14,330 bases of DNA from a candidate division FCPU426 bacterium (GCA_963847625.1 CAWKAR010000002.1:1-14330); one strand, 5' to 3'; positions 1 through 7,920 are shown, numbered from the stretch's first letter. Notes: a model not told the origin generated them from the letters alone. Program-made: numbers and translations.

Positions 1-1
1 C

Positions 2-595
2 AAGGTGGATTTCGGACTTGCCCCCCGGAAAGTTTTAACGGTAACCTTCCAATTGGGCGTGGCTTTCGGCGCCGGTCTTCCACTCCTGACCTTAACCCAG
101 CCTTTCCTTCCCTTCGGTTTGAGTCCCTTCGCCTTCCTGCTGGTACTCCTGTTCCTGGGGGCCGTGTTCTGGAAGAGCGCCGTTAACCTGCAGGAACATG
201 TCCATGCCGGGGCCCAAATGGTGGCGGAGGCTCTGGGAAGCCGGGCTCCCCAGGAGCAGGAAGCCCTTCTGGAACAGGTGAACACAATGGTCCCGGGCAT
301 CGGGGATCCGGCCTCGACCCATATTTCGCCCCAAAACCCCCTGGTGGGAAAAACGTTGGTGGGCATGAACCTTCGCAGTCTGACCGGCGCCTCGGTCATT
401 GCCATTTTAAGGGGCGACCAAAGGATCCTCATGCCCGCGGGCCGGGAAGCCATCCAGGCCGAGGATACTTTGGTGTTGGTGGGGACACATGACGCCATCC
501 GTCTGGCCAGGGAATTCCTGCAGGAAAAACCGAGGATTTCTTTTTTAGAGGCCGGAACACCCCTCGAGCCGCAAGATACGCAGGACTTGGTATAA
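2..595 (+). CDS. Cation:proton antiporter (CPA2-like), C-terminal part with TrkA-C/RCK_C domain; 5'-truncated by window edge
   Basis: Frame open from base 2. Two hydrophobic helices (VLTVTFQLGVAFGAGLPLLTLTQPFLP; FAFLLVLLFLGAVFW) are followed by the RCK_C signature LVGKTLVGMNLRSLTGASVIAILRG...IQAEDTLVLVGT. Stop TAA at 593-595. Confidence 0.8.
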   Translation, partial: KVDFGLAPRKVLTVTFQLGVAFGAGLPLLTLTQPFLPFGLSPFAFLLVLLFLGAVFWKSAVNLQEHVHAGAQMVAEALGSRAPQEQEALLEQVNTMVPGIGDPASTHISPQNPLVGKTLVGMNLRSLTGASVIAILRGDQRILMPAGREAIQAEDTLVLVGTHDAIRLAREFLQEKPRISFLEAGTPLEPQDTQDLV

Positions 596-779
596 GCGCG
601 TGGCTATACCGTTTAAAAAAGACGCTTCAACAGCGGGCATTGATGGAAGAAAGATGAATTCGAATAAGAAAAAAGGGGTGCCTTGATCCACCTTACCGGT
701 TTGAGTATGCCGAAAAAGCAAAATGGTTCACTGGATTTGACCGATAGGGTTGAAGAAATCTAAAGAAAGTGCCGTTCCT

Positions 780-1637
780 TTACGGTTTCGTGAGCTTGTC
801 CTGGATCCGGAAAATCTCAGCCCTGGCCGCCCCGCTCCAGCGTTGATCGTGAAGTTTCTCGGCGGTTCCGAGCTTGTCCAGGGCTTCCTCTGAGTTTCCC
901 GTTTGTTTCAAAGCAAAACCCCAATAATAATAAGCCTGGGCGTCCCCGGGATTCAGTTCAGCCGCCTTTTTGAAACGGGCCAGAGATTTTTCCGGGTATC
1001 CCCAATCCAAAAGGGTCATGCCCCAGTCGAAATAGGCATTTTCGAAGCGGGGGTCTATCTCCAGCGCCTTTTGGAATTTCCGGATCGCCTCCGCTCGTTT
1101 CCCCTGCTGGCCCAAGATGACGCCCCAATCCACGTAAGCCTGGGAGTCCTTGGGATCGATCGCGAGGGCCTTTTGGCACTTTTCCTCGGCCTGTTCGTAC
1201 TCCCCCATGGCCATGAGGGCCCGGCTCCATTGGTAATAGGCCTGGGAAAAGCGCGGGGAAATTTCGGCGGCCTTTTGGAATTTTTCGCAGGCTTCCCCAT
1301 AGGCCTCCAGCTTGTTGAGGGCCAGCCCCCAGCCGTAAAAGGCCCCGGCAAAACGCGGGTTGAGTCCGGCCGCCTTTTGGAATTTGGCCAGGGCCTCCTG
1401 AGTCTCCCCTTGTTCCATCAAAGTCAGCCCCCACCGGTCATAGGTTTCCGCGTCCCGAGGGTTCTTCTGGAGTTCGTCCTGGTATTGCCGGATCTTCTCG
1501 TCGCCGGTCAGGCTCCCGTCCGGCGTGGGGGTGTGGGATCCACCGAAGACTGGGAAAGCCCCAAGGCAAAAGAAAGCGAATCCCCATCGAAGCGCCTTCC
1601 CTGCCGGTAAACTCAACTCCGGCGTTCGGCGTTTCAT
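780..1637 (-). CDS. Tetratricopeptide repeat protein (6 TPRs) with N-terminal signal peptide or anchor
   Basis: 285-aa ORF with 34-aa periodic repeats (AETYDRWGLTL, AGAFYGWGLAL, SQAYYQWSRAL, SQAYVDWGVIL, ENAYFDWGMTL, AQAYYYWGFAL), the first five ending KA..xxP. Basic then hydrophobic N-terminus. ATG overlaps the upstream stop (TAATG at 1635-1639). Confidence 0.9.
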   Translation of the reverse strand: MKRRTPELSLPAGKALRWGFAFFCLGAFPVFGGSHTPTPDGSLTGDEKIRQYQDELQKNPRDAETYDRWGLTLMEQGETQEALAKFQKAAGLNPRFAGAFYGWGLALNKLEAYGEACEKFQKAAEISPRFSQAYYQWSRALMAMGEYEQAEEKCQKALAIDPKDSQAYVDWGVILGQQGKRAEAIRKFQKALEIDPRFENAYFDWGMTLLDWGYPEKSLARFKKAAELNPGDAQAYYYWGFALKQTGNSEEALDKLGTAEKLHDQRWSGAARAEIFRIQDKLTKP

Positions 1638-2149
1638 TAGATTTGGTTTTCATCCGGTTTGAAAAACCGGATCATCAAAAACACGGAGAGAAAGGAGACA
1701 AGGAGGATCACTCCGATCAGGAAAGGCAGGAGACCCTCCGGCATGGCAAACAGGGGGTTGGGCACGTTGGCCTGGTAGACCGCCTGCTGGGTCAGGCAAA
1801 GGATGAAATTCGTCACGATGCCGGGCACACATAAGGACAACCGGAGCTTTTCCATGGCCCGGGCCTTTCGCTCCGGCGTGCTGAACCAAAAATCCTTCCG
1901 GGGAAGGTTGATCAGGCCCTCAGGGATGAAGCGCATGAAATAGGCCGTTCCCGCGAAGATCCCGTTAGTCACCAAACCGATCGTCAGCATAGTGGTAAAG
2001 TAAAGGGATTTGTCCTGCCAGCCGTTGGGTTTGCCGGCGAAATCGAAATGGGTGGCCATGTGGTCCGGTAATACCGGGCTGAGAAGTGCCAGGATCAGGA
2101 GTAAAAACAGGAAAAGCCCCAACCATACGAATCCCAATATCCGGTTCAT
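1637..2149 (-). CDS. DUF1648 domain-containing membrane protein (about 4 TM helices)
   Basis: Motif LPDHMATHFDFAGKPNGWQDK right after the first TM helix is the DUF1648 signature (LP..+..H+...G.P+GW..K). Four hydrophobic segments. Confidence 0.85.
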   Translation of the reverse strand: MNRILGFVWLGLFLFLLLILALLSPVLPDHMATHFDFAGKPNGWQDKSLYFTTMLTIGLVTNGIFAGTAYFMRFIPEGLINLPRKDFWFSTPERKARAMEKLRLSLCVPGIVTNFILCLTQQAVYQANVPNPLFAMPEGLLPFLIGVILLVSFLSVFLMIRFFKPDENQI

Positions 2150-2281
2150 GGATGACTCTTAAAAATTATTTTCCATCAAGGCATAAAAACCCAGCTCTCA
2201 TTTCACAATAAAGAGCGCCGAATGATTAGGTGGAAATCCTTAAAGATTACAACTTTTTCACGGTTTTTTGAAACCCGCAGG

Positions 2282-2311
2282 CTCCCCCTCCGGCCTAAAC
2301 CGGAAGGGGAG
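2282..2311 (-). terminator. GC-rich hairpin just downstream of the 2324-3706 gene (possible terminator or mRNA stabiliser)
   Basis: On the - strand CTCCCCTTCCGG-TTTAGG-CCGGAGGGGGAG forms a 12-bp stem with one G-U pair, 12 nt after the stop. No immediate U-tract. Confidence 0.5.
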
Positions 2312-2323
2312 TTATCGGCTTAA

Positions 2324-3706
2324 TTACTGCTGGGTCGGCGGGTTGTTATCTGTGTTGCCGTTATCACCCTGGTTAAAGTTGGTGTCGGTGTAGTTCAAGG
2401 CGTTGCCCTGATTGTCGAACAAGTCGAAAGTCCCGTCGTTCAACTCTAACAGCACTTGCAAGGGCTCGCCGTTGGAGGTGTTGGAAAACCTCACTCCCGA
2501 TACGTTGGAGGCCAGGTAGATGGGGTTGAAAGCCGGTGGAATGGCCGTGTCGAACAGGAAAGCGTCCCCTCCCGACACGACTTTCACCATGCGACTCCCG
2601 TCCGAGCTATGGTAGACAGAGACGTTTCCGTTTTGGGCCGCGTTCACCACCACTGGGTCGTTGGCCGAGTTGCAGGGGACGTAGTTGTTGTTCACGAAAA
2701 CGTAGAGGTCCCCTACGTGGTTGGGATCCTGCCACCACCAGCGCCCCCCGTTCCAAAAGCACCACCTGAAATGGTCGATGTCGTACCACCACCAGCGGCT
2801 CTGGTAATAGCGGGTCCAGAAATAATCACTGCCCACGTACCAGCCGTACCAGTGGTATCCCCAGTTGTCCACGTAATGGCAATAGTTGAAATCACTATCC
2901 TGGTGCCAGTAATAGAAATTCCGGCGGACTTCCGCGCGGTTGAATTCGCCGATGCGCGCCGTGAATTCCAGATTGGCCACCAGCGCCATGTGGTTCCTCA
3001 CGAGGGGTATGTCGAAACGGATGGGCCGAATGAGGGTTCCCCTTAGGGGCTGGCGGTCCCAACCACGATCCGGGAAACGGATAGTGGAATGGGCCCGGTC
3101 GGTAAACAGGATCTGCCGGCGTTCAGCAATGGGTTGGGGAATCGCGCGGATGCCGAGTTTTTGAAGTTTTTTCCGAACGTACCCTTGTTGGAAGGGATGG
3201 TGGTGGGAAACGTTGCTTCCCGACACCTGAGCCACCTGGAAATTCGAGAAATTACCTGGCTTCACCACGCCTCTAGGCTGATTATTTATGTTATTACCCG
3301 GGTATTTCCGGTTCCATTGCTTGGAGACCTGGTCGTTAAAGTTCCGGTTAGGGATGTTTTGGTTCGGTTGGACGTGGAATGCCTGGAAACTCCCGGCATT
3401 GCGTTCCACGAAATTATTGCCGCCCTTGTTCCCGCCTTTGTTGTTCTCAGGGTTACTTAACTGGATCTGCACGGGTTTCCGGTTGTTCGAAGGGCGTGCC
3501 ACCCGGTTTACCTTTCGTGCCGCATTTGGGGCCTGCCGATGACTATTCAAAACCGGTTTTTGACCCTGGGTGTTACCCTGGTCGACGGCCGGCGATTGTT
3601 GGCCGTTATCGGTTTTATTCCATCCCCCCCGTTCCTGGCCCTGGGCAAAAGCCGAAAGGCCTTGGGATAAAGCCAATACGGCGAAAAAAGCGAGTAATCG
3701 TTTCAT
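2324..3706 (-). CDS. Secreted hypothetical protein: signal peptide, N/Q/G-rich low-complexity region, Trp/Tyr-rich module, C-terminal beta-rich domain
   Basis: Sec signal MKRLLAFFAVLALSQGLSAFA. SD AAGGAG lies 6 nt before the second ATG (3706); 3709 is the alternative start. About 460 codons open. Confidence 0.85.
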   Translation of the reverse strand: MKRLLAFFAVLALSQGLSAFAQGQERGGWNKTDNGQQSPAVDQGNTQGQKPVLNSHRQAPNAARKVNRVARPSNNRKPVQIQLSNPENNKGGNKGGNNFVERNAGSFQAFHVQPNQNIPNRNFNDQVSKQWNRKYPGNNINNQPRGVVKPGNFSNFQVAQVSGSNVSHHHPFQQGYVRKKLQKLGIRAIPQPIAERRQILFTDRAHSTIRFPDRGWDRQPLRGTLIRPIRFDIPLVRNHMALVANLEFTARIGEFNRAEVRRNFYYWHQDSDFNYCHYVDNWGYHWYGWYVGSDYFWTRYYQSRWWWYDIDHFRWCFWNGGRWWWQDPNHVGDLYVFVNNNYVPCNSANDPVVVNAAQNGNVSVYHSSDGSRMVKVVSGGDAFLFDTAIPPAFNPIYLASNVSGVRFSNTSNGEPLQVLLELNDGTFDLFDNQGNALNYTDTNFNQGDNGNTDNNPPTQQ

Positions 3707-3770
3707 CATAGACTCCTTCCAATTTCTTGATTAATTTCAAAGTCCCGGCAAGTTTTACTTCCTACAACCG

Positions 3771-3801
3771 TTGGACGAATGACGGCACCGATCCGGTTTC
3801 A
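3771..3801 (-). promoter_or_regulatory. Possible ECF-type promoter (TGAAAC-N18-CGTCCAA) upstream of the secreted Trp-rich protein
   Basis: The - strand reads TGAAAC cggatcggtgccgtcatt CGTCCAA about 65 nt before the start. Both boxes resemble AAC/CGT ECF elements, but the spacer is 1-2 nt longer than typical. Confidence 0.3.
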
Positions 3802-4235
3802 TCCGGTGTGTCCAAAAGATGATCATAATCCGATTTCCAGCATTTTTCACGGCCCGAATGACCAGGTTCGCGCGTCATGCTTCAGGTGGTAATCAGGGCG
3901 TTTTATGAGATGGCGGTATCCATCTTGGCGCTCTTTTGGTCTTGCCCACATAGGGGGAAGTAACGGTAACCAGGTTTAATACTTGAGAATTTACGTTTAC
4001 CAGTTGAGGTACAAGATCGAGGCCGATCCGAATCGCCTTCGCTATATCATGACTGAATCAGGGGTTGGTTACCGGCTAAAAACCGAATAATATGTCTCCG
4101 GACGTTGGAACCGGTTTTCATGCGGCTCGAAACCACCCGATTCATCGTCCAAAACTCGATGGGGAGAAATCCGGGCCGGTCGTTTTACTTTCGGATGGAA
4201 ACCCCTGGAATCGTCCTTCCCGGAAAGGATTCTGA

Positions 4236-5063
4236 ATGTTTCGAAAGATTTTACCGGCAGTGCTTTTCCTTCTCCTTATAAGTCCTGCATTCCCCCAAAA
4301 TACCAGTCACCTGAAGGTCGAGCTCCTCCCGGAGCAGAAGGCCGTCGTTCCCGGCGGGAGCGTGACCCTGGGGTTCCACTTCCGGTTGGAAAAAGGCTGG
4401 CATATCTACTGGCAAAACCCCGGCGACTCGGGACAAACCCCTTCGGTGCAATGGTCCATGCCGGACGGATTCGAAGCCGGCGAATTCCAATGGACCATCC
4501 CCCAGCGCCTGGCCCTTCCCTCCCTGGCAGATTATGGCTACACCAACGAGGTTCTCCTCATGGTACCCCTGAAGGCGCCTTCCCACCTGAAACCCGGCCG
4601 GGTCATACGGCTTTCCGCCCATATTCGCTGGCTGGTCTGCAATGAAATTTGCATCCCGGGAGACGCGAAATTCAACGTCCGCCTTTCGGTGCGCCGTAAA
4701 ACCACCAACAATTCCCGCAATGAATCCCTTTTCAAGATGGCCCGCCGGAACCTTCCCGCCGAATGGCCGGAGGATTGGAAAGCCGGGGGGACCTTGGGCC
4801 CCAAGGACTTTCGCCTGTCTTTCGAGACAACCGACACCCTCTCAAAATCCGCCGCTGCCCTATTCTTCCCCTTGCATCCCAACCAAATCGAGAACGCGCC
4901 TTCCCAGGTATGTGAAATCTCGGGAAACTCTATCCAGTTGAAGCTCAAGCGCTCCGACCAGCTCCAGGAAAACATCAAAACCCTGGAGGGGGTCCTGGTG
5001 GTGAACGATAAATCCAGCCGCCGGGGGTACTCGGTGTCCGTGCCCCTTTTGGCCCAGGAATAA
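4236..5063 (+). CDS. Protein-disulfide reductase DsbD/ScsB-type N-terminal (alpha) domain, stand-alone, exported
   Basis: Signal peptide MFRKILPAVLFLLLISPAFP. Motifs GWHIYWQNPGDSG, W.IP.R, YGY and catalytic WLVCNEICIPG (CxxxC). No TM or thioredoxin domain before the stop. AAAGGA SD upstream. Confidence 0.88.
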   Translation: MFRKILPAVLFLLLISPAFPQNTSHLKVELLPEQKAVVPGGSVTLGFHFRLEKGWHIYWQNPGDSGQTPSVQWSMPDGFEAGEFQWTIPQRLALPSLADYGYTNEVLLMVPLKAPSHLKPGRVIRLSAHIRWLVCNEICIPGDAKFNVRLSVRRKTTNNSRNESLFKMARRNLPAEWPEDWKAGGTLGPKDFRLSFETTDTLSKSAAALFFPLHPNQIENAPSQVCEISGNSIQLKLKRSDQLQENIKTLEGVLVVNDKSSRRGYSVSVPLLAQE

Positions 5064-5153
5064 AGAATCGAAGGGGCCTTTATTTTTTAGCCGGAAATCC
5101 GTCAAAATAGTTCTCTATTCACTTTCGAAAGTAAATTTTTAAGGAGGATGCCG

Positions 5154-5783
5154 ATGAGAATCTTTAAAAAAGGAATAATGACGGCCCTGGCCGTGGCGGC
5201 TTTGAGCTTCGCGGGCGCGGCCCAGGCGGCCAAAGTGGGAAACCCCGCCCCGGATTTCACCGGAACCGGGAGCAACTTAAAGCAGTATAAGCTTTCCGAT
5301 TTGAGGGGCAAATTCGTGGTGCTTGAATGGCACAATCAGAATTGTCCCTTCGTGGTGAGCCAGTACAAGGGCAAGATGCAGAAACTCCAGGCGAAATGGA
5401 CCGGGAAAGGTGTCCTTTGGTTCACGGTGATTTCTTCCGCGCCCAAGAAGGAAGGGTATGTCCAGGCCCCCCAGGCCACCGAGGATCTCCAAAAAACCGG
5501 AGCCCATGTTACAGCCGCCCTCCTGGACCCCAAAGGCAGGATCGGCCGCGCCTATGGCGCCAAGACCACGCCTCACATGTTCGTCATCGACCCCAAGGGG
5601 ATCCTGATTTACGACGGTGCCATCGACAACGCCCCGCGCGTGGATGAGGAAATCACCAAGGCCGAATCCGGCGAGACTTACGTAAATTACGTGGACCGGG
5701 CCTTGACGGAAGCCATGGAGAAAAAGAAGAAAGTCTCCATCCCCTCCACCCCCCCTTACGGCTGTCATGTGAAATACAATTAA
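5154..5783 (+). CDS. Exported thioredoxin-fold redoxin (AhpC/TSA, peroxiredoxin-like)
   Basis: SD AAGGAGG at 5141-5147 is 6 nt before ATG 5154 (ATG 5148 abuts the SD). Signal peptide ending AAQA. Motifs VGNPAPDF, GKFVVLEWHNQNCPFV, YGAKTTPHMFVID, YDGAID and C-terminal PYGC.VKY. Confidence 0.9.
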   Translation: MRIFKKGIMTALAVAALSFAGAAQAAKVGNPAPDFTGTGSNLKQYKLSDLRGKFVVLEWHNQNCPFVVSQYKGKMQKLQAKWTGKGVLWFTVISSAPKKEGYVQAPQATEDLQKTGAHVTAALLDPKGRIGRAYGAKTTPHMFVIDPKGILIYDGAIDNAPRVDEEITKAESGETYVNYVDRALTEAMEKKKKVSIPSTPPYGCHVKYN

Positions 5784-5799
5784 GCTTTCCAAAAACAGC

Positions 5800-5846
5800 A
5801 AATAAAAAAGGCCGGGAAGGTGATCCTCCTCGGCCTTTTTTTATTT
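5800..5846. terminator. Bidirectional rho-independent terminator
   Basis: AAATAAAAAAGGCCG...CGGCCTTTTTTTATTT inverted repeat flanked by A- and T-tracts, between the convergent redoxin and muiA-like genes. Confidence 0.85.
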
Positions 5847-5850
5847 TCCT

Positions 5851-7524
5851 TTATTCCAGCCCTTCCACGTCGCTTCCAGAGGGAAACTTCACCTTGTAGG
5901 AAAAGTCGATCTTCTGGTTCTGCTTGGGTTTCAATTCCAGTTTCCAGCAAACCAGCCCGGGCTTATCCGGGTTTTCCTTTTCCGGTTTGGGCAGCAGGTC
6001 GCCAGATTCCACCTCGATGTTCTTCTGCCGGGAGCGCGGAAGCTGCTCCCGCACCACGATGGACCGGTTTCCCTGGTGGTAGTTGGAGATGGTAGTGACC
6101 CACCGGTACTGGCTCTCGCCCTTATTGAAGTCGAAAAGGCCGCCGGCTTTGCCCGCCAGTTCCTTCATGGCCTTCCTTTCCACGTGGACCTGGTTGTCCT
6201 GGCCGAAACCCAGCTCGAACGCCTCGCCCGGGGCCTTGGCCGACAAAGAGGCGGTGCCCACGAAATCCCCGTCCCGGAAAAGCTGGGCCTTGCCGGGCAG
6301 TAGGGCTTGCTCGCCGTTATAAGTGATTTTGGCTTCCAGGTAGGCCGTCTGGGAAAGCCTCGGCACCACCACCAAGGTCAGCTTGACGGGATGGGACTGT
6401 TGGACGATTCCCACCCGGTGCTCGGACCCGTCTGATGGGACGTCCCGGCGGACGGGGATGGAGAAGGAAACGGCGTATTCGGACCTGACGGTTTCCGCCT
6501 CGACGACTTCGGCCGGGGCCGGCGGCGCTTCCGCGGCTTCATCCGCAACTTTCTTATGCTCGGCCTTTTCCAATCGCGCGTAACCCAAGGCCCCGAAGGT
6601 CCGGGTGACAGGCCTCGGTGTGAAATTCTGGAAGTCCAGCCACCAGTTGGTGGGGTCGGGCACCTGGGTGCTTTCGGTGGGGCGGGAAGTGGAAAGGGTA
6701 AGGGCGACATTCTTCCAGTCCTCCCCCGTGTGCTGGCGTACGCCCGCGTTGAAGTCCAGGTTCAAGCCCGGCTTCTCGCCCTCGGTGTTGAGCCTCAGGT
6801 CGTAAAGAGGACTCCAGGAGGCCCCGGACACCTGGTAGGCGAGCGAAAAGCGCACCAGGCCGGCCTCGGGCAGGTCCAGGTCAGCCTCGGCGACTCGCTT
6901 TTCACGCGCCGGAGCACTCCCCTCGGAAAGCTGGTTCTTCAGGGCCTGGATACGTCCCGCCAGATTCCTGGCGGCCCGCTCGTCCTTTCGGTTGGCGGCC
7001 ATCAATAGTGTGATTCTTTTCCCCACCGCGTCTGCCGAATGGGTGAAATCCACCAAGGCTTCCGGATGAGTGGGCCCCTGGGTGGTGGCGGTTTGGGTTC
7101 CTTCCTTCCCCAGAGCTTTGAGAAGCTCGACCTCGGTTTTCCTGGCCTCGATTTGGTCGGAAAGGTCGGTCTTTTGGTCCTCCAGCGCCTGAATCTTGGA
7201 CCTCAGTATGCGGGTGCGTTCCTCCACCACGTCGGAAGTGTAATCATTGCGCAGGTTCACACCGTAAAGCTTTGTGCCTTGGGGCCCTTCGACCGTCAGC
7301 CTCAGGGACGACTCGACAACTGAGGCGGGCAGGTCGGGAAAAATCACCCGTTGGGAACCGGACTTAAGCTCCAGCGACCCCTCCCGGGTCACCCGGGCGC
7401 TGTCCGGGAAAACCGTGACCTGCTTGGGATGGATGACAGCAGTCACCTCCCCGAACCCCTGGGCGGCCCAACCCCAGGCCAGGGCGATAAAAAAGACCCA
7501 ACCTTTATTCCAAATCCTAATCAT
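5851..7524 (-). CDS. Mucoidy inhibitor MuiA family protein (DUF4140 + coiled coil + DUF4139)
   Basis: Signal peptide, then VTVFPDSARVTREG and DLPASVVESSLR (DUF4140), a coiled coil, then YQVSGASWSPLYDLR, VRQHTGEDWKNVALTLSTSRP, LLPGKAQLFRDGDFVG and VREQLPRS (DUF4139). SD AAGGAGG upstream. Confidence 0.92.
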   Translation of the reverse strand: MIRIWNKGWVFFIALAWGWAAQGFGEVTAVIHPKQVTVFPDSARVTREGSLELKSGSQRVIFPDLPASVVESSLRLTVEGPQGTKLYGVNLRNDYTSDVVEERTRILRSKIQALEDQKTDLSDQIEARKTEVELLKALGKEGTQTATTQGPTHPEALVDFTHSADAVGKRITLLMAANRKDERAARNLAGRIQALKNQLSEGSAPAREKRVAEADLDLPEAGLVRFSLAYQVSGASWSPLYDLRLNTEGEKPGLNLDFNAGVRQHTGEDWKNVALTLSTSRPTESTQVPDPTNWWLDFQNFTPRPVTRTFGALGYARLEKAEHKKVADEAAEAPPAPAEVVEAETVRSEYAVSFSIPVRRDVPSDGSEHRVGIVQQSHPVKLTLVVVPRLSQTAYLEAKITYNGEQALLPGKAQLFRDGDFVGTASLSAKAPGEAFELGFGQDNQVHVERKAMKELAGKAGGLFDFNKGESQYRWVTTISNYHQGNRSIVVREQLPRSRQKNIEVESGDLLPKPEKENPDKPGLVCWKLELKPKQNQKIDFSYKVKFPSGSDVEGLE

Positions 7525-7559
7525 GTTCTTCCTCCTTGATGTTTTGCGGCTTTAGGAAG

Positions 7560-7588
7560 TTAGAACCGGCTGGACCCGAATAGTTCCC
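7560..7588 (-). promoter_or_regulatory. Putative ECF sigma promoter for the muiA-like gene (GGGAAC-N18-TCTAA)
   Basis: The - strand reads GGGAAC tattcgggtccagccggt TCTAA, i.e. GAACTA-N16-TCTAA, close to the RpoE/AlgU consensus GAACTT-N16/17-TCnaA. It lies 35 nt before the ATG. Confidence 0.65.
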
Positions 7589-7687
7589 AGAATATTAAAA
7601 ATGAGGAATTTTATGTCATTCCTTGTTTTTGATTTTTTTAAACATCCTGGCCCCCTTCATGAGATATCGAATTAAAACTAAGATAAT

Positions 7688-7739
7688 TGTCATCGCGAGG
7701 AGGCACCCCAATCGGGGTGGTTGCCGACGTGGCGACCTC
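7688..7739. repeat. GC-rich palindromic REP/RPE-like element (single arm)
   Basis: TGTCATCGCGAGGAGGCACCCCAATCGGGGTGGTTGCCGACGTGGCGACCTC contains nested inverted repeats (CACCCC/GGGGTG, GGCA/TGCC, TCGC/GCGA). It is a GC island in an AT-rich spacer and resembles the widespread TGTCATTGCGAGG...CGACGTGGCAATCTC intergenic repeat. Confidence 0.6.
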
Positions 7740-7891
7740 ATTTCGTCGTTTGTTTTAGGCCTGTTATATAGTTTATTTAAGTTAGACCAGCCTTGAAGGA
7801 TCGATTCAATTCAAGGACTGAAATTCAAATCCTTTGTTAAAATACCGGAATGTTTTCCCTGGCCCCGGCTTATCCCATCCCCTTCCCCATC

Positions 7892-7920
7892 GGGAACCTT
7901 TTGCCCCGGTGGGTGTCTCA
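7892..7920 (+). promoter_or_regulatory. Putative autoregulatory ECF promoter (GGGAAC-N17-GTCTCA)
   Basis: GGGAAC at 7892-7897 and GTCTCA at 7915-7920, 61 nt upstream of ATG 7982. Same GGGAAC-to-TCTnA spacing (18 nt) as the divergent muiA promoter. Confidence 0.7.

Noticed and set aside
596..779. AT-rich gap between convergent genes as possible ncRNA or terminator
   Set aside because: No convincing stem-loop, ORF or known RNA motif was found.
780..1460. About 102-bp periodic DNA similarity (repeated GGCC/CGCC-TTTTGG-type motifs) suggesting a repeat array
   Set aside because: Explained by the 34-aa TPR coding repeats. There are no identical direct repeats with unique spacers, so it is not CRISPR.
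903..1610. 235-aa + strand ORF, and similar long antisense or alternate-frame ORFs (2456-3046, 5277-5801, 9042-9602, 12132-12680, 13218-13667)
   Set aside because: They shadow well-supported genes on the opposite strand, carry no recognisable motifs, and are expected from GC-rich codon bias.
4129..4152. GAAACC...CGTCCAA as an ECF promoter for the dsbD-like gene
   Set aside because: Only 11-12 nt separate the boxes, too short for a -35/-10 pair.
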